Notes under the pieces: generated by a model
The model's database searches: none
What the model was told of the DNA's origin: nothing
What the model saw: the letters and a program-made list of their open reading frames with translations, nothing else
Part shown: positions 1 through 10,334 of the stretch, one piece after another
Position numbering within the stretch: position 1 is the stretch's first letter
Layout: each line of letters opens with the position of its first letter
Source of the DNA: Nitrospirota bacterium
GTDB lineage: Bacteria > Nitrospirota > Thermodesulfovibrionia > Thermodesulfovibrionales > Dissulfurispiraceae
Assembly: GCA_963790025.1 (NCBI GenBank)
Contig: CAWBMP010000004.1
Span: forward strand, 1,120,001-1,184,000
DNA length: 64,000 nucleotides
Reading direction: 5' to 3'
Translations under genes and position numbers: made by a program

Positions 1-129
1 ACCTTCAAAGTACTTCTTGAATGCCTCGTTAAACCCCGAATAAACCGTATGAATGCCTTTATACCCTTCCTTTCTGAGACTTACGATCGCTTTTTTAACA
101 AACTCTTCCAGGCTCAGCTTCTCCGACAT
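1..129 (-). CDS. Hypothetical protein, N-terminal part (runs off the window start): MSEKLSLEEFVKKAIVSLRKEGYKGIHTVYSGFNEAFKKYFEG...
   Basis: Open frame read by hand. ATG at 129 is preceded by an AGGAGG SD just downstream of the proA stop. Confidence 0.7.
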   Translation of the reverse strand, partial: MSEKLSLEEFVKKAIVSLRKEGYKGIHTVYSGFNEAFKKYFEG

Positions 130-144
130 TCTAAATACCCTCCT

Positions 145-1401
145 TTATTCTCTTACTTGTCCGTTTCCAAGAACTACAAACTTTGTACAGGTCAATTCCT
201 CAAGGCCCATAGGCCCACGCGCATGTATTTTATCAGTAGATATGCCGATCTCGGCACCAAGACCGAACTGGTACCCGTCATTCAGACGGGTAGATGCATT
301 CACCAGGACCGCCGAAGAATCTACTTCCCTCACGAACCTCATCGACCGCTCGTAGTTTGTGGTGACAATCCCGTCCGTGTGAGCGGACCCGTAGGCGGCA
401 ATATGCTCCATTGCTTCATCCATGTCTCCCACTATTTTTACATTCAATATCAGGTCGAGGTATTCACAGCGATAATCTTCATCCGTTACCTCATTAATGC
501 CCGGAAACAATGCAAGGGTCCTCGGGCACCCACGCAATTCAACTCCTGCATCTTTTAGGCGCTTCAACATTACTGGAAGGAAGCGCGGGGCAATGGATCC
601 GTCAACCAGCATTGTTTCCATAGCATTACAGGTCCCGGGTCTTTGCACTTTGGCATTAAAGCATATTGACTCTGCCATTGCCAAATCCGCACCCCTGTCA
701 ACAAATAGATGACAGACCCCTTTATAATGCTTGAGCACCGGAATTCTCGAATTCTCAGTTACGGTCCTTATAAGTCCTTCTCCCCCGCGTGGGATAATCA
801 GGTCTATGATGCCTTCCAGTTTCAACATCTCCATGATAGCTTCCCTTTCAGGAATGTCTATAAACGTGATGACATCTTCATGAATCCCTTCAGCCCTGGC
901 AACGTCCCTCAAGACAGCGGCAATTGCCCTATTTGAGTGCAGGGCCTCGGACCCCCCCCTCAAAACAACAGCATTACCTGCCTTCAAACACAAACCGGTC
1001 GCATCGGCAGTCACATTCGGGCGCGCCTCGTAAATTATACCAATTACTCCTATCGGCACTCTCATCCTTCCGACAGTCATGCCGTTTGGCCGCTGCCTCA
1101 TGTTAATTATTTCTCCTACAGGATCGGGAAGCTGAGCAACTGCCATGAGTCCCAGCATCATTTCTTCCACCCGTTTTTCAGTCAGGGTTAATCTATCAAC
1201 CAGCGCCTTTGAGAGACCCTTTTTTTCGGCATAATCGATATCTCTTTTATTTTCCTCTATAAGCTCCGCCCCCTTGGTTTTGAGGGCTTCAGCCATCTTG
1301 ATTAAAACAGCATTTTTCAGGCTGGAAGATGCCGTTGCAAGACTTCGTGCACCTTCTTTCGCACCCTTTGCCTTTCTGAGGACAAACTCCTTTATATCCA
1401 C
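145..1401 (-). CDS. proA: Glutamate-5-semialdehyde dehydrogenase (gamma-glutamyl phosphate reductase)
   Basis: Motifs VPIGVIGIIYEARPNVT, CNAMET, NASTRLNDG and GAEIGIST.K.HARGPMGL. Confidence 0.97.
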   Translation of the reverse strand: MDIKEFVLRKAKGAKEGARSLATASSSLKNAVLIKMAEALKTKGAELIEENKRDIDYAEKKGLSKALVDRLTLTEKRVEEMMLGLMAVAQLPDPVGEIINMRQRPNGMTVGRMRVPIGVIGIIYEARPNVTADATGLCLKAGNAVVLRGGSEALHSNRAIAAVLRDVARAEGIHEDVITFIDIPEREAIMEMLKLEGIIDLIIPRGGEGLIRTVTENSRIPVLKHYKGVCHLFVDRGADLAMAESICFNAKVQRPGTCNAMETMLVDGSIAPRFLPVMLKRLKDAGVELRGCPRTLALFPGINEVTDEDYRCEYLDLILNVKIVGDMDEAMEHIAAYGSAHTDGIVTTNYERSMRFVREVDSSAVLVNASTRLNDGYQFGLGAEIGISTDKIHARGPMGLEELTCTKFVVLGNGQVRE

Positions 1402-1416
1402 GCAAACCTCCGTATT

Positions 1417-1507
1417 GGTTCTCCGTACTGCGTTCAGCGCCTATAAATATACCCGAAACGCTTACGCTCTAATTTTTCTTTGAACGTTGAACGCAGCACG
1501 CAGAACC
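1417..1507. repeat. 7-nt-periodic inverted-repeat intergenic element (CGTACTG/CGTTCAG type)
   Basis: Arms 1417-1439 and 1485-1507 match at 20/23 positions as inverted repeats. Confidence 0.75.
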
Positions 1508-1664
1508 AATACGCCATCTTAATTATTATATATTATATAACGATACCTAACAATTATCAGGTAAATGGTACTAAAAATCAACACAAAATTATACGGCTCT
1601 TTTTCAGCCATGTTTTTTTGATATTTGCTATAATACTAAATAACTACTGTTCAGGAGGTCTTTT

Positions 1665-1844
1665 ATGGCAACACCGGTTGTTGATATGGATTTATGCATT
1701 GGCTGTGGCTCATGTTCTGAATTATGCCCCGAAGTCTTCGAACTCAGGGATGAAAAGGCATATGTAATCAGCAACAAATGCGATACCTGCGATTGCAAAG
1801 AAGCTATGGATACCTGTCCTACTGAAGCAATCAAGATGGAGTAA
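1665..1844 (+). CDS. Single-cluster [4Fe-4S]/[3Fe-4S] ferredoxin, 59 aa (missed by the ORF track)
   Basis: MATPVVDMDLCIGCGSCSELCPEVFELRDEKAYVISNKCDTCDCKEAMDTCPTEAIKME has CxxCxxC...CP. AGGAGG SD and a TGCTATAAT extended -10 lie upstream. Confidence 0.93.
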   Translation: MATPVVDMDLCIGCGSCSELCPEVFELRDEKAYVISNKCDTCDCKEAMDTCPTEAIKME

Positions 1845-1852
1845 AAAAATCT

Positions 1853-1946
1853 GAGGTTAGAGGTTAGAGGGTAAAACGGAAGACAATGGGCGTGAAGTGC
1901 TATTTGCGGCTGCTTTGACTTTGCCTCCGACCTCTAACCTCCAACC
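1853..1946. repeat. 7-nt-periodic inverted-repeat element (GAGGTTA type)
   Basis: gaggttagaggttagagg ... cctccgacctctaacctcc, between convergent genes. Confidence 0.65.
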
Positions 1947-2503
1947 ACTAACGCTCTTTTTGCGAGTTCAGCAAGCCCGTAAATTTTTAAATCTATGTAA
2001 TCTCCCTTTTCCCGCCAGGCATTGAGGCGCTCATACATAGCCGACAGCGGCATAGTGATAACTTCAATATCCTCCGACTCATCGGGCTGGTAGCGTTGTC
2101 TGAGCCCGGCGGGCGCCGGCGTAGAGTTCTTCGCAAGAAAGACGGTCAGCAATTCAGTCGAGAGACCCGATGAAATAGGGCCTTCTGCCAGAAAAAGAAA
2201 CTCTTCGGCAGTGTGGCCTGTTTCTTCAATCAGTTCGCGCCTGGCCGCTTCCTGAAGACTTTCATCTCTGTCATTCAGGCCCGCAGGGAATTCGACAACA
2301 AAACTATCCAGCACAGGCCTAAACTGCCTCACCAGCAAGATATCACCGTCAGCCATAACCGGCACAATTGTCACAATACCCGTACAGTTCACCCGCTCAA
2401 CCGCTTCCCAGGTCCTTATGTTCCCCGAACGGTCCGTATAGGAAATGTGCATTGTCTTCAGGAAGTTGCCCTCCCAGGCAGTGCGCTTGTCTATTATTTG
2501 CAT
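1934..2503 (-). CDS. NUDIX hydrolase (ADP-ribose pyrophosphatase-like)
   Basis: Nudix box EFPAGLND..ES..EAARRELIEETG and LVRQFRP. Confidence 0.9.
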   Translation of the reverse strand: MQIIDKRTAWEGNFLKTMHISYTDRSGNIRTWEAVERVNCTGIVTIVPVMADGDILLVRQFRPVLDSFVVEFPAGLNDRDESLQEAARRELIEETGHTAEEFLFLAEGPISSGLSTELLTVFLAKNSTPAPAGLRQRYQPDESEDIEVITMPLSAMYERLNAWREKGDYIDLKIYGLAELAKRALVVGG

Positions 2504-2510
2504 GCGCTGA

Positions 2511-2855
2511 TCATCCGAAAGGCCCGTGCAACTGGCGTCCTCCGAGCACGTGCAGGTGGAGATGAAACACTACTTGTCCGCCCTCAGGGTTGCAATTGGT
2601 GACAATTCTGAAGCCACGTTCCGCGATTCCCTGATCACGGGAGATTTTCTTGCAAACTTCCATCAGATGTCCTATCAGCGTGCTGTCCCCTTCTCCGACA
2701 TCGAGAATGGTGGAGATGTGTTTCTTAGGGATAACCAATATGTGGACAGGAGCCTGTGGGCTGACATCGGTGAACCCGATCGCGTACTCGTCCTCGTAGA
2801 CTATATCCGCCGGTATCTTCCTTTCTACGATCTTACAGAAAATGCAATCAGTCAT
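2511..2855 (-). CDS. Histidine triad (HIT) nucleotide-binding protein
   Basis: Start MTDCIFCKI after a GGAGG SD; HLHLH triad. Confidence 0.93.
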   Translation of the reverse strand: MTDCIFCKIVERKIPADIVYEDEYAIGFTDVSPQAPVHILVIPKKHISTILDVGEGDSTLIGHLMEVCKKISRDQGIAERGFRIVTNCNPEGGQVVFHLHLHVLGGRQLHGPFG

Positions 2856-2877
2856 AAAACCTCCCTTAAAACAGACC

Positions 2878-2991
2878 ATGGGCAATAGGCGCAAGGCTAT
2901 GGGCAAAAACAAAAGGCAAAGGATATAAAGACAAAGAGAGACTTAAATTCATACTAATATTGTTCCTATCACCCCTAGCCTATTGCCTATC
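2878..2991. repeat. 7-nt-periodic inverted-repeat element (ATAGGCA/AAAGGCT type)
   Basis: atgggca ataggcg caaggct atgggca ... cctatca cccctag cctattg cctatca. Confidence 0.65.
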
Positions 2992-3310
2992 ACCTGATTT
3001 GTCTGTAAAAGCACGTATGCTCACCCGTATGACACGCGCCAGCGCCATGCTGTATCACTTTTATTAACAGGGTATCGGCATCGCAGTCGTAGAAGACCTC
3101 CTTGACCTCCTGCACATGGCCTGAGGTCTCACCCTTTTTCCAGTATTTTTGTCTTGACCTCGACCAGAAATGAGTGAACCCGGTCTCTATGGTTGTTTTC
3201 AAAGAGGTCTCGTTCATATATGCCATCATCAGGACATCACCGTTGTTTGCGTCCTGAATGATAGCCGGTATAAGACCGTTTGTGTCATATTTAAGTTCCG
3301 GAATTGTCAT
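2990..3310 (-). CDS. hisI: Phosphoribosyl-AMP cyclohydrolase
   Basis: [33 protein letters not shown] and ACHTG..TCF. Confidence 0.96.
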   Translation of the reverse strand: MTIPELKYDTNGLIPAIIQDANNGDVLMMAYMNETSLKTTIETGFTHFWSRSRQKYWKKGETSGHVQEVKEVFYDCDADTLLIKVIQHGAGACHTGEHTCFYRQIR

Positions 3311-3394
3311 TACTTATGATACCATTGCCCGTCCCGGCTTGTCAGCCTGCCGCCTATGTGGCTGTGGTATAATGAAAATAAATTTTTTGGATAT

Positions 3395-3979
3395 ATGTCA
3401 AGTAAAAAGTTTGGAATAAAAATACTCTCCCTGCTTTTGCTTATAGAGTTTATTGTCTCTGTGAGGACAGTCAGTGCTGTAGAAATTGGCGACATCAGTT
3501 ACAGGCTGTCCAATAATGATCTCTATGTATCAACCTCAATAAGACCAGACCAAAAGAGCATTGATGACCTGAACGACGGATTATCGAAAGAATTAACTTT
3601 TTATATAGATCTTTTCAGAGTATGGGATATATGGCCTGATGAGTTTGTCCTCGGGACGAAAATAACTGCGAAGTTAAAAAGCAATCCGATCAAGAGAGAA
3701 TACATCGCCACTTGCGTCAGCGGCAATATAGTCAGGGAGAAACGGTTTAATGACCCGGAAACGATGGTCACGTGGGCAACAACCCTTTCCGACATAAAAA
3801 TTACAAATACTAAAGAACTGGAGACCGGGACCTATTTCATCAAGGTCACCGCAGAATCCAGAATCAGAACGTTGCCCCCTGTCATAGGCTATCTCTTGTT
3901 CCTAGTTCCGGACAAGGAGTTTTCCATTTCCAAGAACTCTCGCACATTTCAGCTAAACGCAAAGGGACAGCAGCAATGA
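3395..3979 (+). CDS. DUF4390-like exported protein
   Basis: Signal peptide and C-terminal LPPV motif; sits upstream of ntrY/ntrX-like genes, the usual position. Start uncertain. Confidence 0.65.
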   Translation: MSSKKFGIKILSLLLLIEFIVSVRTVSAVEIGDISYRLSNNDLYVSTSIRPDQKSIDDLNDGLSKELTFYIDLFRVWDIWPDEFVLGTKITAKLKSNPIKREYIATCVSGNIVREKRFNDPETMVTWATTLSDIKITNTKELETGTYFIKVTAESRIRTLPPVIGYLLFLVPDKEFSISKNSRTFQLNAKGQQQ

Positions 3980-6009
3980 AAATAGCCAGGCATCTAATGA
4001 CCATTTTCGGACTGATACTGCTTATTACGGTCATAGCCGTTGTCGAAATACATTTTATCAAGCTGCCATCCGTCGATATCACTACACGCATCATGCTCAT
4101 CAGTCTTTTGACTTTTAATGTCCTTGCTCTGCTGACACTTATGTTTTTTGTAGGAAAGAACATCTTTAAACTTTATATGGAGCGGCGCAATAAGGTTCTG
4201 GGCCACAAGTTCAAGACAAAACTCATGACTATTTTTGTTATTCTCACGCTCATCCCCTCCTCTTTTCTTTTCATTGCGTCAGGCGGACTCGCAACCAAGT
4301 ATATAAACCGGATATTTTCTCCTGAGATAAAACAGTCCTTTAAAAATTCGATAGAGCTTGCCAGGGCATTTTATGATTTCGAGAGGCAGAGAGTGCTGTT
4401 TGCCGCCCGGAACACCGCTGCCAGCGGAGTGAACGCCCTTTCCGGAGATATGTCCGTCTTCAGGCATGTGTCGCTGCCAGGCAATGCAACAGATACTGTC
4501 AGGGACGCCTTTAAAGGCATCGAAGGGACCGAAGTAATATCAAAGGGCAATATAGATATTATCAGGGCCGCAGTGCCTGACCGTAGCCACGGGGGAACGG
4601 TAATCGTTGTTGAAATGGCTCTACCCAAAAGCATTTCCGAAAAATCGGAAAGGCTGAAAGAGCTTTACGAGGGTTACCTTAAAACCGAGTCTTTCAAAGA
4701 GCCGCTCCGGCTTAATTATCTCCTTATTCTTGGGTTCTTCACACTCCTGATCGTCTTTGCAGGATTATGGGTCTCTCTGAAAATATCCGGGGGGATTACG
4801 ACCCCGATTCAGAGCCTTGCAATGGCAACCGAACAGGTGGCATCCGGCAATCTTGATGTACGGGTCACAGTAAAAAGTGAGGATGAAATCGGACTCCTGA
4901 TCACATCATTCAATCAAATGGTAAAACAGATCAAGGACAGTAAAGACTCTCTCGAAAAAGCATATATCGAATCAGATAAAACCAGGCTCTATCTCGAGAA
5001 CATACTTGAAAATATCAATTCTGGAGTTATCTCTATTGACACTAACGGGACCATTCTTACTGTCAACAAGGCGGCATGCTCCATACTTAACATGCAACCT
5101 GAAGCTGTAAAAGGCCGTAATTACCTTTCTTTTATCTCCTCTTTAAATTCCGCTGATATCGCGGACATGGTAAAGGAGATGGAGGGCAAGGAGATAAGGG
5201 AAATCAAACGGCAAGTCAAAGTCAATATAAACGGCAGGATCGTTATACTCAGGATCTACGTCTCGGGCATACGGGAATCGTACACTTCCAAAGCTATAGG
5301 CTTGCTCGTCGTCTTCGATGATCTTACTGACATAATAAAGGCACAGAAGGTCACAACCTGGCAGGAGGTCGCCAGGAGATTGGCCCATGAGATAAAAAAC
5401 CCCCTGACACCCATCAAGCTTTCTACTGAACGGCTGATAAAAAAATGGCGTCAAAAAGAGAAAGACTTCGGAGAAGTATTCGAGAAATCGACCAGGACGA
5501 TCATCTCTGAAGTGGAGAGCCTGAGAAAATTGGTCGATGTTTTCTCCCGTTACGGCAGGATGCCCGAAATAAACAAAGCTCCGGCGAACATCATTGAGCT
5601 CATCGATTCTGTTGTCGGACTTTATAAAGGGTTTAAGTTCATAGAAATAACGACAATGCCGCACGTGGACATTCCTCACGTTGCACTTGACTGGGAGCAG
5701 TTCAAGAGGGTCATGGTCAATATCATAGACAACGCTATCAAGGCAATGAACAACAAAGGATCTATTGTCATTTCCTTAAATGTATATGAAAATAGTAAAG
5801 TAATAATTGAGATAGCGGACACCGGTCCAGGCATAAAGGATGAGGAAAAGGAAAGGTTATTTCTGCCTTATTTCTCAAACAGAAAAGGCGGCACGGGACT
5901 CGGCCTGGCCATAGCTAACAAAATAGTTGCCGACCATGGCGGCATAATACTTGTAAAGGATAATTTCCCCCATGGGAGTATATTTGCCATAGAATTGCCG
6001 ATGGCGTAA
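3976..6009 (+). CDS. NtrY-like HAMP/PAS sensor histidine kinase
   Basis: TM helices, HAMP, PAS, H-box WQEVARRLAHEIKNPLTPI and G-box GTGLGLAI. Confidence 0.9.
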   Translation: MKIARHLMTIFGLILLITVIAVVEIHFIKLPSVDITTRIMLISLLTFNVLALLTLMFFVGKNIFKLYMERRNKVLGHKFKTKLMTIFVILTLIPSSFLFIASGGLATKYINRIFSPEIKQSFKNSIELARAFYDFERQRVLFAARNTAASGVNALSGDMSVFRHVSLPGNATDTVRDAFKGIEGTEVISKGNIDIIRAAVPDRSHGGTVIVVEMALPKSISEKSERLKELYEGYLKTESFKEPLRLNYLLILGFFTLLIVFAGLWVSLKISGGITTPIQSLAMATEQVASGNLDVRVTVKSEDEIGLLITSFNQMVKQIKDSKDSLEKAYIESDKTRLYLENILENINSGVISIDTNGTILTVNKAACSILNMQPEAVKGRNYLSFISSLNSADIADMVKEMEGKEIREIKRQVKVNINGRIVILRIYVSGIRESYTSKAIGLLVVFDDLTDIIKAQKVTTWQEVARRLAHEIKNPLTPIKLSTERLIKKWRQKEKDFGEVFEKSTRTIISEVESLRKLVDVFSRYGRMPEINKAPANIIELIDSVVGLYKGFKFIEITTMPHVDIPHVALDWEQFKRVMVNIIDNAIKAMNNKGSIVISLNVYENSKVIIEIADTGPGIKDEEKERLFLPYFSNRKGGTGLGLAIANKIVADHGGIILVKDNFPHGSIFAIELPMA

Positions 6010-6070
6010 CATGAAAAAATAAGGTAAAGGCAAAGGTTCTGCCTTTACCTATTCTTTTTGAGGAGTTACG

Positions 6071-7459
6071 GTGACTAAAGAAGTTATACTGATTGTGGAT
6101 GACGAGGAAGGTATCAGAGAAAGCCTCTCTGGGATATTCGAAGACGAAGGCTACGAGGTCATAACCGCTGCTTCCGGCGAAGAGGCCCTTGAGCTGACTA
6201 AAGAGCACATGCCTGATGTCCTTCTTCTCGATGTCTGGCTTCCTGGGATGGACGGCATCGAAACCCTGTCAAAGGTAAAAGAGATTGATGCTGATATTCC
6301 GGTCATTGTTATTTCGGGACATGGCAATATAGAAGTTGCTGTCAAGGCGACGAAGTCTGGCGCCTATGACTTTCTGGAAAAACCCCTTTCCCTTGAAAAA
6401 GTGCTTATTGTTACACACAGGGCACTTGAAACAAAACAACTTCAGACGGAAAACCGCGCCCTAAGATCGGATTTAACAAAAAAAAGCAAACTGATCGGGG
6501 ATTCGCCAAAAATAACTGCATTAAAACAGCAGATCGATATGGCTGCACAGAGCAATAGCAGGGTGCTCATACTGGGAGAAAGCGGCACAGGCAAAGAACT
6601 CGTTGCACGCCTATTGCACGAAAAGAGCATCCGCGCCCACGGACCCTTCGTAGAAGTCAACTGCGCCGCAATACCTCAGGAACTGATAGAAAGCGAGTTG
6701 TTAGGGCACGAAAAAGGATCATTCACCGGCGCTACGGAGAGAAAAATCGGAAAGTTCGAGCTTGCGGACAAAGGGACCCTGTTCCTCGATGAAATTGGTG
6801 ATATGACCCTTCAGACCCAGGCAAAGGTGCTCAGGGTGATTGAGACGCAGATCTTTCAGAGGGTTGGAGGCAGCAAGAACATAAAAGTTGACGTGAGGAT
6901 CATCGCCGCCACAAATAAAGACATTGCCGAAGAGGTTAGAAAAGGGAATTTCAGGGAGGACCTTTACTTCAGGCTCAATGTTATACCCTTGACCCTCCCG
7001 TCCTTGCGGGAAAGGCTTGAAGATATACCGCAGCTTACATATCACCTTATTTCTGCATTTGGTTTTGAACACGGGCTGAGACCAAAAGAGATCGGATCTG
7101 AAGCGCTTGAATTATTTAAAAACTATGATTGGCCTGGCAATATCAGAGAACTGAAAAACGTTATCGAAAGGCTCATCATAATGGTGCCGTTGCCAATTAT
7201 CACCCGCGGGGATATTGAAGCACTGGGAATATTCCGGACTTCACAACCCAGCCAGTCAGGGCTATCAGAAAGAGGATATGACTATTTTACCTACAAAACA
7301 CTGAAAGACGCCAGGGACGCCTTCGAAAAGGCCTATATCATAAAAAAACTCGAAGAAAATCACTGGAACATATCAAAGACTTCTGAAGCCATCGCCATAG
7401 AGCGCAGCAATCTGCACAAGAAAATTAAGGCCTATGATATCGACGTATCGCATAATTAA
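6071..7459 (+). CDS. NtrX-like sigma54-dependent response regulator (REC-AAA+-Fis HTH)
   Basis: Receiver domain, [24 protein letters not shown] and a C-terminal HTH. Confidence 0.92.
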   Translation: MTKEVILIVDDEEGIRESLSGIFEDEGYEVITAASGEEALELTKEHMPDVLLLDVWLPGMDGIETLSKVKEIDADIPVIVISGHGNIEVAVKATKSGAYDFLEKPLSLEKVLIVTHRALETKQLQTENRALRSDLTKKSKLIGDSPKITALKQQIDMAAQSNSRVLILGESGTGKELVARLLHEKSIRAHGPFVEVNCAAIPQELIESELLGHEKGSFTGATERKIGKFELADKGTLFLDEIGDMTLQTQAKVLRVIETQIFQRVGGSKNIKVDVRIIAATNKDIAEEVRKGNFREDLYFRLNVIPLTLPSLRERLEDIPQLTYHLISAFGFEHGLRPKEIGSEALELFKNYDWPGNIRELKNVIERLIIMVPLPIITRGDIEALGIFRTSQPSQSGLSERGYDYFTYKTLKDARDAFEKAYIIKKLEENHWNISKTSEAIAIERSNLHKKIKAYDIDVSHN

Positions 7460-7558
7460 CAAAAAATTTAACCACAGCCAACAGCATGGGCTTTAAGCCA
7501 GACACTGATACAAGGAGAAAAACAATTATATGAAAAAAGCTTCAAAACAAACAAAAGC

Positions 7559-7671
7559 CGTCATTGCCGCAAACGGGTCCCCGAAAAGTCACGGACTTTT
7601 AGATGAGCGGAAGGCGGGAATCCATTTTTGTTTTAGCTTAATTTTTTCTCTGTGTCTCTGTGCCTCTGTGG
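7559..7671. repeat. Composite REP-like sequence: GTCATTnCCGC...GGCGGGAATCCA interrupted by an AAAAGTC-acg-GACTTTT hairpin, followed by three CTCTGTGN octamers
   Basis: Read directly: REP-like halves at 7559-7570 and 7609-7624, octamers at 7648-7671. Confidence 0.5.
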
Positions 7672-7684
7672 TTTGGATTCTCGT

Positions 7685-9058
7685 ATGAGCGCATTGGTAG
7701 CCATTGTCGGAAGGCCTAACGTGGGGAAGTCGGCGCTCTTCAACCGTATACTGAAAATAGGCGGCCTTCCCTTTCAATCAACGGCAATTACAGAAAGCAG
7801 ACCCGGTGTTACCCGCGACAGGAACTACGGGCAGACAGCGTGGGAAGGGAAACTGTTTACCGTTGTCGACACCGGTGGTTTTTACGCTGAGGGCATCCCG
7901 CATGAAACTGCTGAAATAGCCAGGCAGGTGAAGGAGCAGGCCCTGCTTGCTGTAAATGAGGCCGATGTTATAATTCATCTCCTCGACGGCAAAGAGGGGC
8001 TGAATCCGGCGGACCTGGAGCTTGCCGGCATACTCAGAAAATCAGGAAAAAAAATACTGTGGACAGTCAATAAGATCGACAGCATGATAAAAGAAAGCAG
8101 GGTGATGGAGTTTTACCGCATCGGCGCGGAATTAATCATCCCTGTTTCCGCCATAACGGGGCTCGGGATTGATGATCTTATGGCCCTGATCGTTGCCAGC
8201 CTTCCTTCAGGAGACGGGTCAGAAAACGCTACCCTGGAAAGGATATCGGAGAACTCAGAGACTTTGGGGGACAGTCTCCCCAGGATAGCTGTTGTAGGAA
8301 GGCCGAATACCGGGAAATCCACACTTATCAACTCTCTCCTCGGCAAGAGCAGACTCATCGTCAGCCCAACTCCAGGCACAACGAGAGATCCCGTTGATTC
8401 CGTCTGCACCTATTATGGGAGAAAGTATCTCTTTATTGATACCGCCGGAATCAGGAGAAAGCAGGAAGAATACTCCCTGGAGAGTTTTTCCATGATCAGA
8501 TCGATAAAGAGCATAGCGCGAGCGGATGTTGCCGTGATAGTCCTCGATGCGTCGGAGGGCGTAACCGACCAGGACCAAAGAGTTGCAGGCATTGTCGAGG
8601 AATACGGGAAGGGGGCACTGCTCCTCCTTAACAAATGGGACCTGGTAAAAGATCCCGAAAATGCCTTTAAAAAAATCACGGGCCAGCTCAACGGTAAAAT
8701 GTGGTTTATGCAGTATGCTCCTGTCATTACTACTTCGGGCCTTGAAAAGAAAAGGACAACCAAAATATTCCCCGTTATTGACGAAATCATCACTGAAAGA
8801 AGAAAAAGGATCACCACAGGAGAACTGAACAGGTCCATGGCAAAGCTTGTCTCAGCTATGCCACTTCCACGATACAAAGGCAAAGAAGTCAAACTTCAGT
8901 ATATTACACAGGTGGACATTGAGCCTCCGGTCTTCACTATTTTTGCGAATTACCCGTCCTCAATCAAAGCTCCACAGCGCAAATATATCGAAAGGGTCCT
9001 GAGGGATCAATACTCCTTTAAGGGGACTCCGATAAGAATATCTGTTAAGCCCCCGTAA
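7685..9058 (+). CDS. der: Ribosome biogenesis GTPase Der (EngA)
   Basis: Two G domains (GRPNVGKS, GRPNTGKST), DTGG/DTAG and a C-terminal KH-like F.GTPI. Confidence 0.96.
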   Translation: MSALVAIVGRPNVGKSALFNRILKIGGLPFQSTAITESRPGVTRDRNYGQTAWEGKLFTVVDTGGFYAEGIPHETAEIARQVKEQALLAVNEADVIIHLLDGKEGLNPADLELAGILRKSGKKILWTVNKIDSMIKESRVMEFYRIGAELIIPVSAITGLGIDDLMALIVASLPSGDGSENATLERISENSETLGDSLPRIAVVGRPNTGKSTLINSLLGKSRLIVSPTPGTTRDPVDSVCTYYGRKYLFIDTAGIRRKQEEYSLESFSMIRSIKSIARADVAVIVLDASEGVTDQDQRVAGIVEEYGKGALLLLNKWDLVKDPENAFKKITGQLNGKMWFMQYAPVITTSGLEKKRTTKIFPVIDEIITERRKRITTGELNRSMAKLVSAMPLPRYKGKEVKLQYITQVDIEPPVFTIFANYPSSIKAPQRKYIERVLRDQYSFKGTPIRISVKPP

Positions 9059-9153
9059 AATATGCTAAAATAACAAAGTTAGTGTCAAAGTCCTGGAGAC
9101 TCTGATACTTTGACATTCTGATACTTTGACACTGTTTTTTAAAGGGAGGAATA

Positions 9154-9573
9154 ATGCAAAAAATACTTGTTGCCCACGATGGGTCGAAGTCGTCCGATAA
9201 GGCATTAAAGAAAGCCCTGGAAATATCTATAAGCTTCAATGCTTCACTGACCGTTCTGGCTGTTGTCCCTGAGTTGTATCTTACAGAACTTCCGGATGCT
9301 GATAGAAACCGCATTTTCGAATCGTTGTCCGACGAGACACGGGATGCGATGGAAAAAATAAGAAAATCGTTGACCGGAAAACCGGTTGAAGTTAAAACTC
9401 TGATGAGACAGGGAGACCCTGCTGAAAAGATACTGGAAACCGCACAGAAAATGAAGGTTGATCTTATTGTTACCGGCTCTCACGGAAGGCACGGAGCAAA
9501 AAAATTCCTCCTGGGCAGCGTCTCATCCAAAATTGTGGATTATTCGAGATGCTCGGTCCTTGTTGTCAAATAA
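9154..9573 (+). CDS. Universal stress protein (UspA family)
   Basis: ILVAHDGS...GSHGRHG..KFLLGSVS. Confidence 0.93.
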   Translation: MQKILVAHDGSKSSDKALKKALEISISFNASLTVLAVVPELYLTELPDADRNRIFESLSDETRDAMEKIRKSLTGKPVEVKTLMRQGDPAEKILETAQKMKVDLIVTGSHGRHGAKKFLLGSVSSKIVDYSRCSVLVVK

Positions 9574-9577
9574 TATC

Positions 9578-9696
9578 AAGGCAAAAGATAAAAGGCTATG
9601 GGCAAAGAGCTAAATGCGAAAGGCTAATGGCTAAAGGTAAAAACAAAATACAAACTTTGCACTTGCCTTTAGCCCTTTGCCTATAGCCTTTAGCCT
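9578..9696. repeat. 7-nt-periodic inverted-repeat element (AAAGGCT type)
   Basis: aaaggct atgggca aagagct aaatgcg aaaggct aatggct ... ttagccc tttgcct atagcct. Confidence 0.75.
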
Positions 9697-10292
9697 TCCT
9701 TTCTTTCTACTATCTTTTTCAGGTTCTCCAGGGACCTGCTCTCTATCTCCCTGTGCAGGTTGCCTCCATGGGTATCCATAGTCACAATCACCGGAAAGTC
9801 TTCAACCTCAAACAGCCACATAGCCTCAGGCTCGCCGAACTCCTCGATTTTCCATCCTTGTACAACACGCTTTATTCTGTCAGCAAGGTAAACTGCGGCC
9901 CCGCTCATGGTATGCAGATAGACGCAGCCGTATTCCCTGAGCGCGCCCAGAGTATTTTCACCCATACCGCCCTTGCCGATAATACCTTTAAGACCGTAGC
10001 GCCCGATTACATCGGCTTCATACATCTCGACCCGCATACTTGTGGTCGGCCCGGCGGATATTAATCTATAAGAATCGTCTTCCTTAACTATAATGGGCCC
10101 GCAGTGGTACAGCACGCCACTATCAAGCTTAAACGGTATTACTCCGGCAGCAGGCCTTTCGTCGAAAAGGAATTTATGGACCTTGTCGCGGCCGGTCACA
10201 ATCTGTCCGCTCAGAAGCAGCATATCGCCGACCTTAAGGCTCCTGATATCCTCGTCCGACAAGGGCGTTACCAATTTTTTGGGTTCTGTCAT
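9690..10292 (-). CDS. Fe-S fumarate hydratase class I, beta subunit
   Basis: GRD.VH, YHCGP, AGPTTS.R and GKGGMG. Confidence 0.9.
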   Translation of the reverse strand: MTEPKKLVTPLSDEDIRSLKVGDMLLLSGQIVTGRDKVHKFLFDERPAAGVIPFKLDSGVLYHCGPIIVKEDDSYRLISAGPTTSMRVEMYEADVIGRYGLKGIIGKGGMGENTLGALREYGCVYLHTMSGAAVYLADRIKRVVQGWKIEEFGEPEAMWLFEVEDFPVIVTMDTHGGNLHREIESRSLENLKKIVERKEG

Positions 10293-10334
10293 GTTTTACC
10301 TATCGCCTTTTGCCTATAGCTTTTTGCCTTCAAG

